Assembly (NCBI RefSeq): GCF_037042905.1 | Contig: NC_087245.1 | Span: 17,300,001 to 17,364,000 of the forward strand | Origin: Lytechinus pictus | Taxonomy: Eukaryota | Direction of reading: 5' to 3' | DNA: 64,000 bases | In this document: positions 13,033 to 24,998 of the stretch, in pieces | Numbering within the stretch: the first letter of the stretch is position 1 | Layout: each line of letters begins with the position of its first letter | Program-made: the position numbers and the translations under genes | Notes under the pieces: model-generated | Told to the model about the DNA's origin: nothing | The model's input: the letters and a program-made list of their open reading frames with translations, nothing else | Databases searched by the model: none

Positions 13033-16000
13033 ATGTCACACAACTTGCATCGCAGGACACTGTTTTGCGACGGGCCCAAAAGTCTCTTCCAAAATCAATA
13101 TACCGTCGTCCGCGTTGCATAGCGAAAAGTGGGAAATGAGAACATATTGACGATCAGACAACTTTCTAATCTTGGCTATTCTGCTATTATTCTGCACCTA
13201 TTCGTCTTTGATTCGGGAAGCTCCCCGGATCAGAGACGAATAGGTTCCAAATCCACCGAATTAGACCACATTCGGGCAGAATCTGTACAAATCTATTCTG
13301 GAAAATTCGGTGTTGGTGTTACCCTGAATTTATATAATACTGAATTTAATCAGAATCATTAAATGCCGATAGTTGATTTATTTATTTTTCAAGACCATAT
13401 ATCATGCAGTTAATTTTACATTTTAATTCGACAAGGGGTATTGATATTTTTTTCATAATGGAATCCACATTTGCATTTGTATACAAATTTACATTATTCG
13501 TCAACATTACATCCTACAATTTGTAGGTGTATATAATTCTATTCCATAGACATTATATTCATAATAATTATGTTAAATTTTCCTGTATATTCGAAGTGTG
13601 TTTAAATATACATTCTCAGAGCGTTTGATATGTTTGGGCCCATTCGTCAGCCCAACGAAAACATGTTCATGCTTATAACTTTTACTACGTAATCTAAGTG
13701 AGATAATTTCCAACTGCAATCGAAAATTAACAACGTACTCCGAATCCAATACGCACAAAGGCCTCTGGAATTCGAACAAGATTTGAACCAAAATTGCGTT
13801 CTAGAGTAATTTTGAATATATTCGGCAACCTCATGTGTCTCCTACAAATTTCAGGTGGCTTAAAATAGGAAAAAAGTGGGCTTCGATTGGATTAGGGAGA
13901 AAAGAGGGGAGTCCCATCGGGATATTAATGTCAAGAACAATCAAAGAAACTATCAACATCAACAATTATTTCAGCGATATTTCAGCACCACTTACCACCC
14001 CTACTACGAAGTCATATTTTTGAAAGGGCTCGATTTTGATAAATTACACTGGTTTAGGGATTGCTTTTTCTAGATACGCCACTGTATTGCTGGATGTTCA
14101 GTGGGTTCAAGGACTAGCCGAGTCAACTTCAAGGACATTCTTGCAATTTGAAATTCCCTCCCGAATATCGGCGGTGTTTTTTTCTGTTTATATTCCGGCA
14201 ACATCTCCTTGATTCTCGCTGATTTCGAATAAGTATAAAGGGCGTGATAATGTCATTCTTCCATTCTGATCTACATGAAGATCACAATGCCGTTGACTAG
14301 CAAAAGTCTTAGACAGATGAGTAAAGTATTTTGCGGTGCCATCAGCTATATATTCATTCCAAAGAATAAGAAGAAAAAAAATAAGAATAAAAAATTCCCC
14401 CATACACAGTTACTTGCCTTTATAAATATACAAATATCGTTCGAGTATTCTTTAGTAGATATCATGAATTAATATATCACTAAAAGACTCCAGTAAGATG
14501 TAATCATTGTCGTGTGTGTCTGAAATGCACAGAAGGGCTGACCGGTAACTTGATCTCCCGGAGACTAATTGAAAGAGGTTCATTCTCGTGTCCATGTAAT
14601 AATAATAATAACTAGATTTTAATTCGTCATGCGGACGAATTAGGTGGTCTGTCATGATTTTTCATTCATTGTCGGCTAATGTTGTATAAAATGAATCCCG
14701 GGAATGAATCATTCAGATATGATTGATAATCTTGATCATAGACATCAAAGGAATAAATTTTGACCATTGCTAAATGTGATTATAAATGTAGTGATGACAA
14801 TCGTGATGATTATAATGATGGTGGTGATAATGCAATATGTTGAATACGAAATAAAGTTAGGAGCACGTAAAATGCCGGCTTAAAAACTCTCCAAAAATCT
14901 CAGACGATTTTACCGAAATTGGCTTTCCAAAATTGCGCAATGAAAGGCGCCTTAATTTTCACAGCAGCTAATTTTTAATCGACAGTTTGATGTTTTTTAT
15001 GCAAATTCTTGTTAAAAATTCTTTGTACTTTGAGCATTTTTTTTTTAATTTCACCCACTGACATTTCACAATGTCAGTGGGTATTAATTTCACAGAATAC
15101 TTGAAAATTCATAGGTGATACTTTTTAAAAGCTAAAATATCTTAAATATTTTTGTTCAAATTTTCTGCTACATTTCAATAGATTTTAATGAGAAGTTTCA
15201 TAATGCTATAATTTCACAGCATTCACCTCAAAACTCATGAGTGATGTATTTGATAAAAGAACCAGATTTTTTTGTAAATGTTTGCCAAATTTCTGAAAAT
15301 TTTTAAACATTTCAAATAATATTTTCCGTCAAAAATTTTCAATATCCATTTATTAATTGTGTATGACTTTGACATTTACTTGAAAATTCTTTCTTGATGA
15401 TTTTTACTGAAAAAAAGTCAGGTAAAAGATTCAAATACTGGCAATTTTCCCGCAAAATTTCGGGAACATGTGTAATTAACTAAATTGCACAATTTTTTCA
15501 TTTCACAGAAGGTACCTGAAAATTTGTTATATGTTATATTAAGTAAAAATGAACAAACAGAAAAAAATCCAGGAATTTCCGCAAAATGTCCGGAATGAAA
15601 ATTTTCAACCCAATAGCGTTTAAATATTGCAGCGATTACTAAAAAATACATAAATGATGTTTTACAATGTTAAAATTGCCCCTTAAAAAGTTCCGGCAAA
15701 ATTACAAAAATTGTCCTACATAAAAAAATGCAAGGCAAGTGGGCTTGAAATTTTCAGGAAGACTGTACAATTGGTTAATAAAACATTTCTCTAAAGAATT
15801 TCTCAAAAATTACGTCCAGAAAAAATTTGCAAAAATTTAAACACATCATAACACATTGATGCTGTGGTCAAAAGTCAAAATTATTCCACGTTATTTGTAG
15901 AGAATTGTCTTCACTATACGATATCAAAATTTGGAAGAAAACTGACCAGTAAAAACGAAGATACGGTCAAGTCATTGACGTTTGTTGCGGAAATATGTAA

Positions 16001-16074
16001 TTTTCACTAATAACTTAAAATTGACGTAATTACAAAATCTCCAAATGAAATATTGAATATATAAAAGAGTGAGA

Positions 16075-19000
16075 AAAAATTTGGGGTCAACGGACTCCCT
16101 GAAGAGCTACAGTGAATTTTATATAGGCATATTTTAGCCCATTTACGCGCGCGTAATGCAAATTTGAATGGACGCGCATTCCCGTATTATTGGTCGTAAG
16201 AGGCTGAATGAGGTATCAAATTAATCAGAAGATAATGAACAATGGAAAGACATGAAAGAAATGATGACTCGAAGATGCATAACGATGGTAGGTGCAAGAA
16301 CGCGCACGCATACCTGTGCGCGCGCAAATTCTTGACATGCTCAAAATGACCAGAAACGTACCCAAACTTGACCACGGTCGATTTGGGGAAATTTAAAATT
16401 TTGACGCGCGCGTACGTGCGCGTCGTGACCTTTGCATGACCTCTGATGATATGTCCTGATGACCTGTCACCTGAACTTGATATGATGCAAATATGGATGA
16501 TTTTTTATGATTAGTTGCGATGATATGATCAATCATTTAATTTTACAAAATGGCGCCTAGATGACGTCATCATGATTTGATAACCTTGAAAAGTTTCCAT
16601 TCCCATGTCCATAATGATGCCCATACATGACATGAAAATCAAGGAAATTGACATGCCCGATTTTGAGATAGAGGTGGACAAAGATTTGGCAATAAAAATA
16701 AAGAAAATTCTGACGAATATAATAGGTGATCTGTCATCTTAATGACAGACCACCTAAAAAGGACCAAAAAAAAAAAAAAAAAAAAAAGGGGGTCCAGCGA
16801 GGTTTGAACCACCGAACCCTGGTATACCAGTCAGGTGTGTTATCCAGTCGGCCACAGTGTGTTCGACAAGCACAGAGAGCAAAATAGGAAACATATTGTC
16901 AACTTGACATTGAATGTACATTCTTGCAATTCCAAATTGGCATGATGACAAAACTCTACAAATTCTAGTTTTGAGAATAGTACAAGCTTTAAAATGAAAC
17001 AGTGGAGATATTGTCTAAAGGATACATTCTAAGCTAAAACATATTGAAAATTTGGCGAGAACAGACCAAGATTTACGGAATTAAAATCAATTTAAATGAC
17101 TGTGGTGACATCATGAAACAGAAAACACTTGTTCTTAGTTCCGACGCCATTTTGATGACGTCACGATGTAATTAAGAGTCAAATGTGGCATGAAATCATA
17201 TCTCCTATTCATACTCTATTCGAATATGAAAAGAAAAATTGGGGTCAACGGACTCCCTGAAGAGCTACAGTGAATTTTATATAGGCATATTTTAGCCCAT
17301 TTACGCGCGCGTAATGCAAATTTGAATGGACGCGCATTCCCGTATTATTGGTCGTAAGAGGCTGAATGAGGTATCAAATTAATCAGAAGATAATGAACAA
17401 TGGAAAGACATGAAAGAAATGATGACTCGAAGATGCATAACGATGGTAGGTGCAAGAACGCGCACGCATACCTGTGCGCGCGCAAATTCTTGACATGCTC
17501 AAAATGACCAGAAACGTACCCAAACTTGACCACGGTCGATTTGGGGAAATTTAAAATTTTGACGCGCGCGTACGTGCGCGTCGTGACCTTTGCATGACCT
17601 CTGATGATATGTCCTGATGACCTGTCACCTGAACTTGATATGATGCAAATATGGATGATTTTTTATGATTAGTTGCGATGATATGATCAATCATTTAATT
17701 TTACAAAATGGCGCCTAGATGACGTCATCATGATTTGATAACCTTGAAAAGTTTCCATTCCCATGTCCATAATGATGCCCATACATGACATGAAAATCAA
17801 GGAAATTGACATGCCCGATTTTGAGATAGAGGTGGACAAAGATTTGGCAATAAAAATAAAGAAAATTCTGACGAATATAATAGGTGATCTGTCATCTTAA
17901 TGACAGACCACCTAAAAAGGACCAAAAAAAAAAAAAAAAAAAAAAGGGGGTCCAGCGAGGTTTGAACCACCGAACCCTGGTATACCAGTCAGGTGTGTTA
18001 TCCAGTCGGCCACAGTGTGTTCGACAAGCACAGAGAGCAAAATAGGAAACATATTGTCAACTTGACATTGAATGTACATTCTTGCAATTCCAAATTGGCA
18101 TGATGACAAAACTCTACAAATTCTAGTTTTGAGAATAGTACAAGCTTTAAAATGAAACAGTGGAGATATTGTCTAAAGGATACATTCTAAGCTAAAACAT
18201 ATTGAAAATTTGGCGAGAACAGACCAAGATTTACGGAATTAAAATCAATTTAAATGACTGTGGTGACATCATGAAACAGAAAACACTTGTTCTTAGTTCC
18301 GACGCCATTTTGATGACGTCACGATGTAATTAAGAGTCAAATGTGGCATGAAATCATATCTCCTATTCATACTCTATTCGAATATGAAAAGAAAAATTGG
18401 GGTCAACGGACTCCCTGAAGAGCTACAGTGAATTTTATATAGGCATATTTTAGCCCATTTACGCGCGCGTAATGCAAATTTGAATGGACGCGCATTCCCG
18501 TATTATTGGTCGTAAGAGGCTGAATGAGGTATCAAATTAATCAGAAGATAATGAACAATGGAAAGACATGAAAGAAATGATGACTCGAAGATGCATAACG
18601 ATGGTAGGTGCAAGAACGCGCACGCATACCTGTGCGCGCGCAAATTCTTGACATGCTCAAAATGACCAGAAACGTACCCAAACTTGACCACGGTCGATTT
18701 GGGGAAATTTAACATTTTGACGCGCGCGTACGTGCGCGTCGTGACCTTTGCATGACCTCTGATGATATGTCCTGATGACCTGTCACCTGAACTTGATATG
18801 ATGCAAATATGGATGATTTTTTATGATTAGTTGCGATGATATGATCAATCATTTAATTTTACAAAATGGCGCCTAGATGACGTCATCATGATTTGATAAC
18901 CTTGAAAAGTTTCCATTCCCATGTCCATAATGATGCCCATACATGACATGAAAATCAAGGAAATTGACATGCCCGATTTTGAGATAGAGGTGGACAAAGA

Positions 19001-22000
19001 TTTGGCAATAAAAATAAAGAAAATTCTGACGAATATAATAGGTGATCTGTCATCTTAATGACAGACCACCTAAAAAGGACCAAAAAAAAAAAAAAAAAAA
19101 AAAGGGGGTCCAGCGAGGTTTGAACCACCGAACCCTGGTATACCAGTCAGGTGTGTTATCCAGTCGGCCACAGTGTGTTCGACAAGCACAGAGAGCAAAA
19201 TAGGAAACATATTGTCAACTTGACATTGAATGTACATTCTTGCAATTCCAAATTGGCATGATGACAAAACTCTACAAATTCTAGTTTTGAGAATAGTACA
19301 AGCTTTAAAATGAAACAGTGGAGATATTGTCTAAAGGATACATTCTAAGCTAAAACATATTGAAAATTTGGCGAGAACAGACCAAGATTTACGGAATTAA
19401 AATCAATTTAAATGACTGTGGTGACATCATGAAACAGAAAACACTTGTTCTTAGTTCCGACGCCATTTTGATGACGTCACGATGTAATTAAGAGTCAAAT
19501 GTGGCATGAAATCATATCTCCTATTCATACTCTATTCGAATATGAAAAGAAAAATTGGGGTCAACGGACTCCCTGAAGAGCTACAGTGAATTTTATATAG
19601 GCATATTTTAGCCCATTTACGCGCGCGTAATGCAAATTTGAATGGACGCGCATTCCCGTATTATTGGTCGTAAGAGGCTGAATGAGGTATCAAATTAATC
19701 AGAAGATAATGAACAATGGAAAGACATGAAAGAAATGATGACTCGAAGATGCATAACGATGGTAGGTGCAAGAACGCGCACGCATACCTGTGCGCGCGCA
19801 AATTCTTGACATGCTCAAAATGACCAGAAACGTACCCAAACTTGACCACGGTCGATTTGGGGAAATTTAACATTTTGACGCGCGCGTACGTGCGCGTCGT
19901 GACCTTTGCATGACCTCTGATGATATGTCCTGATGACCTGTCACCTGAACTTGATATGATGCAAATATGGATGATTTTTTATGATTAGTTGCGATGATAT
20001 GATCAATCATTTAATTTTACAAAATGGCGCCTAGATGACGTCATCATGATTTGATAACCTTGAAAAGTTTCCATTCCCATGTCCATAATGATGCCCATAC
20101 ATGACATGAAAATCAAGGAAATTGACATGCCCGATTTTGAGATAGAGGTGGACAAAGATTTGGCAATAAAAATAAAGAAAATTCTGACGAATATAATAGG
20201 TGATCTGTCATCTTAATGACAGACCACCTAAAAAGGACCAAAAAAAAAAAAAAAAAAAAAAGGGGGTCCAGCGAGGTTTGAACCACCGAACCCTGGTATA
20301 CCAGTCAGGTGTGTTATCCAGTCGGCCACAGTGTATTCGACAAGCACAGAGAGCAAAATAGGAAACATATTGTCAACTTGACATTGAATGTACATTCTTG
20401 CAATTCCAAATTGGCATGATGACAAAACTCTACAAATTCTAGTTTTGAGAATAGTACAAGCTTTAAAATGAAACAGTGGAGATATTGTCTAAAGGATACA
20501 TTCTAAGCTAAAACATATTGAAAATTTGGCGAGAACAGACCAAGATTTACGGAATTAAAATCAATTTAAATGACTGTGGTGACATCATGAAACAGAAAAC
20601 ACTTGTTCTTAGTTCCGACGCCATTTTGATGACGTCACGATGTAATTAAGAGTCAAATGTGGCATGAAATCATATCTCCTATTCATACTCTATTCGAATA
20701 TGAAAAGAAAAATTGGGGTCAACGGACTCCCTGAAGAGCTACAGTGAATTTTATATAGGCATATTTTAGCCCATTTACACGCGCGTAATGCAAATTTGAA
20801 TGGACGCGCATTCCCGTATTATTGGTCGTAAGAGGCTGAATGAGGTATCAAATTAATCAGAAGATAATGAACAATGGAAAGACATGAAAGAAATGATGAC
20901 TCGAAGATGCATAACGATGGTAGGTGCAAGAACGCGCACGCATACCTGTGCGCGCGCAAATTCTTGACATGCTCAAAATGACCAGAAACGTACCCAAACT
21001 TGACCACGGTCGATTTGGGGAAATTTAAAATTTTGACGCGCGCGTACGTGCGCGTCGTGACCTTTGCATGACCTCTGATGATATGTCCTGATGACCTGTC
21101 ACCTGAACTTGATATGATGCAAATATGGATGATTTTTTATGATTAGTTGCGATGATATGATCAATCATTTAATTTTACAAAATGGCGCCTAGATGACGTC
21201 ATCATGATTTGATAACCTTGAAAAGTTTCCATTCCCATGTCCATAATGATGCCCATACATGACATGAAAATCAAGGAAATTGACATGCCCGATTTTGAGA
21301 TAGAGGTGGACAAAGATTTGGCAATAAAAATAAAGAAAATTCTGACGAATATAATAGGTGATCTGTCATCTTAATGACAGACCACCTAAAAAGGACCAAA
21401 AAAAAAAAAAAAAAAAAAAGGGGGTCCAGCGAGGTTTGAACCACCGAACCCTGGTATACCAGTCAGGTGTGTTATCCAGTCGGCCACAGTGTGTTCGACA
21501 AGCACAGAGAGCAAAATAGGAAACATATTGTCAACTTGACATTGAATGTACATTCTTGCAATTCCAAATTGGCATGATGACAAAACTCTACAAATTCTAG
21601 TTTTGAGAATAGTACAAGCTTTAAAATGAAACAGTGGAGATATTGTCTAAAGGATACATTCTAAGCTAAAACATATTGAAAATTTGGCGAGAACAGACCA
21701 AGATTTACGGAATTAAAATCAATTTAAATGACTGTGGTGACATCATGAAACAGAAAACACTTGTTCTTAGTTCCGACGCCATTTTGATGACGTCACGATG
21801 TAATTAAGAGTCAAATGTGGCATGAAATCATATCTCCTATTCATACTCTATTCGAATATGAAAAGAAAAATTGGGGTCAACGGACTCCCTGAAGAGCTAC
21901 AGTGAAATTTATATAGGCATATTTTAGCCCATTTACACGCGCGTAATGCAAATTTGAATGGACGCGCATTCCCGTATTATTGGTCGTAAGAGGCTGAATG

Positions 22001-24862
22001 AGGTATCAAATTAATCAGAAGATAATGAACAATGGAAAGACATGAAAGAAATGATGACTCGAAGATGCATAACGATGGTAGGTGCAAGAACGCGCACGCA
22101 TACCTGTGCGCGCGCAAATTCTTGACATGCTCAAAATGACCAGAAACGTACCCAAACTTGACCACGGTCGATTTGGGGAAATTTAAAATTTTGACGCGCG
22201 CGTACGTGCGCGTCGTGACCTTTGCATGACCTCTGATGATATGTCCTGATGACCTGTCACCTGAACTTGATATGATGCAAATATGGATGATTTTTTATGA
22301 TTAGTTGCGATGATATGATCAATCATTTAATTTTACAAAATGGCGCCTAGATGACGTCATCATGATTTGATAACCTTGAAAAGTTTCCATTCCCATGTCC
22401 ATAATGATGCCCATACATGACATGAAAATCAAGGAAATTGACATGCCCGATTTTGAGATAGAGGTGGACAAAGATTTGGCAATAAAAATAAAGAAAATTC
22501 TGACGAATATAATAGGTGATCTGTCATCTTAATGACAGACCACCTAAAAAGGACCAAAAAAAAAAAAAAAAAAAAAAAGGGGGTCCAGCGAGGTTTGAAC
22601 CACCGAACCCTGGTATACCAGTCAGGTGTGTTATCCAGTCGGCCACAGTGTGTTCGACAAGCACAGAGAGCAAAATAGGAAACATATTGTCAACTTGACA
22701 TTGAATGTACATTCTTGCAATTCCAAATTGGCATGATGACAAAACTCTACAAATTCTAGTTTTGAGAATAGTACAAGCTTTAAAATGAAACAGTGGAGAT
22801 ATTGTCTAAAGGATACATTCTAAGCTAAAACATATTGAAAATTTGGCGAGAACAGACCAAGATTTACGGAATTAAAATCAATTTAAATGACTGTGGTGAC
22901 ATCATGAAACAGAAAACACTTGTTCTTAGTTCCGACGCCATTTTGATGACGTCACGATGTAATTAAGAGTCAAATGTGGCATGAAATCATATCTCCTATT
23001 CATACTCTATTCGAATATGAAAAGAAAAATTGGGGTCAACGGACTCCCTGAAGAGCTACAGTGAAATTTATATAGGCATATTTTAGCCCATTTACACGCG
23101 CGTAATGCAAATTTGAATGGACGCGCATTCCCGTATTATTGGTCGTAAGAGGCTGAATGAGGTATCAAATTAATCAGAAGATAATGAACAATGGAAAGAC
23201 ATGAAAGAAATGATGACTCGAAGATGCATAACGATGGTAGGTGCAAGAACGCGCACGCATACCTGTGCGCGCGCAAATTCTTGACATGCTCAAAATGACC
23301 AGAAACGTACCCAAACTTGACCACGGTCGATTTGGGGAAATTTAAAATTTTGACGCGCGCGTACGTGCGCGTCGTGACCTTTGCATGACCTCTGATGATA
23401 TGTCCTGATGACCTGTCACCTGAACTTGATATGATGCAAATATGGATGATTTTTTATGATTAGTTGCGATGATATGATCAATCATTTAATTTTACAAAAT
23501 GGCGCCTAGATGACGTCATCATGATTTGATAACCTTGAAAAGTTTCCATTCCCATGTCCATAATGATGCCCATACATGACATGAAAATCAAGGAAATTGA
23601 CATGCCCGATTTTGAGATAGAGGTGGACAAAGATTTGGCAATAAAAATAAAGAAAATTCTGACGAATATAATAGGTGATCTGTCATCTTAATGACAGACC
23701 ACCTAAAAAGGACCAAAAAAAAAAAAAAAAAAAAAGGGGGTCCAGCGAGGTTTGAACCACCGAACCCTGGTATACCAGTCAGGTGTGTTATCCAGTCGGC
23801 CACAGTGTGTTCGACAAGCACAGAGAGCAAAATAGGAAACATATTGTCAACTTGACATTGAATGTACATTCTTGCAATTCCAAATTGGCATGATGACAAA
23901 ACTCTACAAATTCTAGTTTTGAGAATAGTACAAGCTTTAAAATGAAACAGTGGAGATATTGTCTAAAGGATACATTCTAAGCTAAAACATATTGAAAATT
24001 TGGCGAGAACAGACCAAGATTTACGGAATTAAAATCAATTTAAATGACTGTGGTGACATCATGAAACAGAAAACACTTGTTCTTAGTTCCGACGCCATTT
24101 TGATGACGTCACGATGTAATTAAGAGTCCAATGTGGCATGAAATCATATCTCCTATTCATACTCTATTCGAATATGAAAAGAAAAATTGGGGTCAACGGA
24201 CTCCCTGAAGAGCTACAGTGAAATTTATATAGGCATATTTTAGCCCATTTACACGCGCGTAATGCAAATTTGAATGGTCGCGCATTCCCGTATTATTGGT
24301 CGTAAGAGGCTGAATGAGGTATCAAATTAATCAGAAGATAATGAACAATGGAAAGACATGAAAGAAATGATGACTCGAAGATGCATAACGATGGTAGGTG
24401 CAAGAACGCGCACGCATACCTGTGCGCGCGCAAATTCTTGACATGCTCAAAATGACCAGAAACGTACCCAAACTTGACCACGGTCGATTTGGGGAAATTT
24501 AAAATTTTGACGCGCGCGTACGTGCGCGTCGTGACCTTTGCATGACCTCTGATGATATGTCCTGATGACCTGTCACCTGAACTTGATATGATGCAAATAT
24601 GGATGATTTTTTATGATTAGTTGCGATGATATGATCAATCATTTAATTTTACAAAATGGCGCCTAGATGACGTCATCATGATTTGATAACCTTGAAAAGT
24701 TTCCATTCCCATGTCCATATTGATGCCCATACATGACATGAAAATCAAGGAAATTGACATGCCCGATTTTGAGATAGAGGTGGACAAAGATTTGGCAATA
24801 AAAATAAAGAAAATTCTGACGAATATAATAGGTGATCTGTCATCTTAATGACAGACCACCTA
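16075..24862. repeat. Tandem array of 1158-bp units (7 full units plus a ~680-bp partial unit), nearly identical
   Basis: Same small ORFs recur at 16187, 17345, 18503, 19661, 20819, 21977, 23136 and 24293. Units differ only by poly-A length and a few SNPs. Confidence 0.97.
16766..16861 (-). ncRNA. tRNA-like Pol III cassette (A box, B box, oligo-T terminator); tRNA-like 3' end at 16788, repeated at ~17946, 19104, 20262, 21420, 22579 and 23736
   Basis: A box TGGCCGACTGG (16854-16844) and B box GGTTCAAACC (16810-16801) at tRNA spacing, followed by ~22 T. Acceptor, D and T stems do not pair, so this is not a functional tRNA. Confidence 0.6.
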
Positions 24863-24998
24863 ATAATGTTAGGCATTTATATAGCGCCATCTATCTATCT
24901 ACATACTACAGCTGGTTACTAATTCATAGATACGTATTATTCTCATGTGTATCGGCGATTTAGATACACAAATTATGAATAATTAGATGTGTATCACT

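Larger units (their letters stand above)
14612..24862 (-). mobile_element. Composite non-autonomous Helentron/Helitron2-type rolling-circle element (~10.25 kb) inserted in a (TAA)n tract
   Basis: Minus-strand 5' end TAGGTGGTCTGTCAT-TAAG-ATGACAGATCACCTA (hairpin). 3' end ATGACAGACCACCTA (asymmetric IR, 14641-14655), then hairpin AATTCGTC-CGCAT-GACGAATT, then AAAATCTAG. No evident TSD. Empty site in unit A at 5381-5420. Confidence 0.85.

Noticed and set aside
16788..16861. Functional tRNA gene array
   Set aside because: Acceptor, D and T stems do not pair and the anticodon loop is irregular. Only the promoter boxes are tRNA-like.
16187..24481. Repeated 62-103 aa ORFs in the 1158-bp array
   Set aside because: Several use non-ATG starts, they shift frame with poly-A length and have no recognisable domain. 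They recur only because the DNA is repeated.
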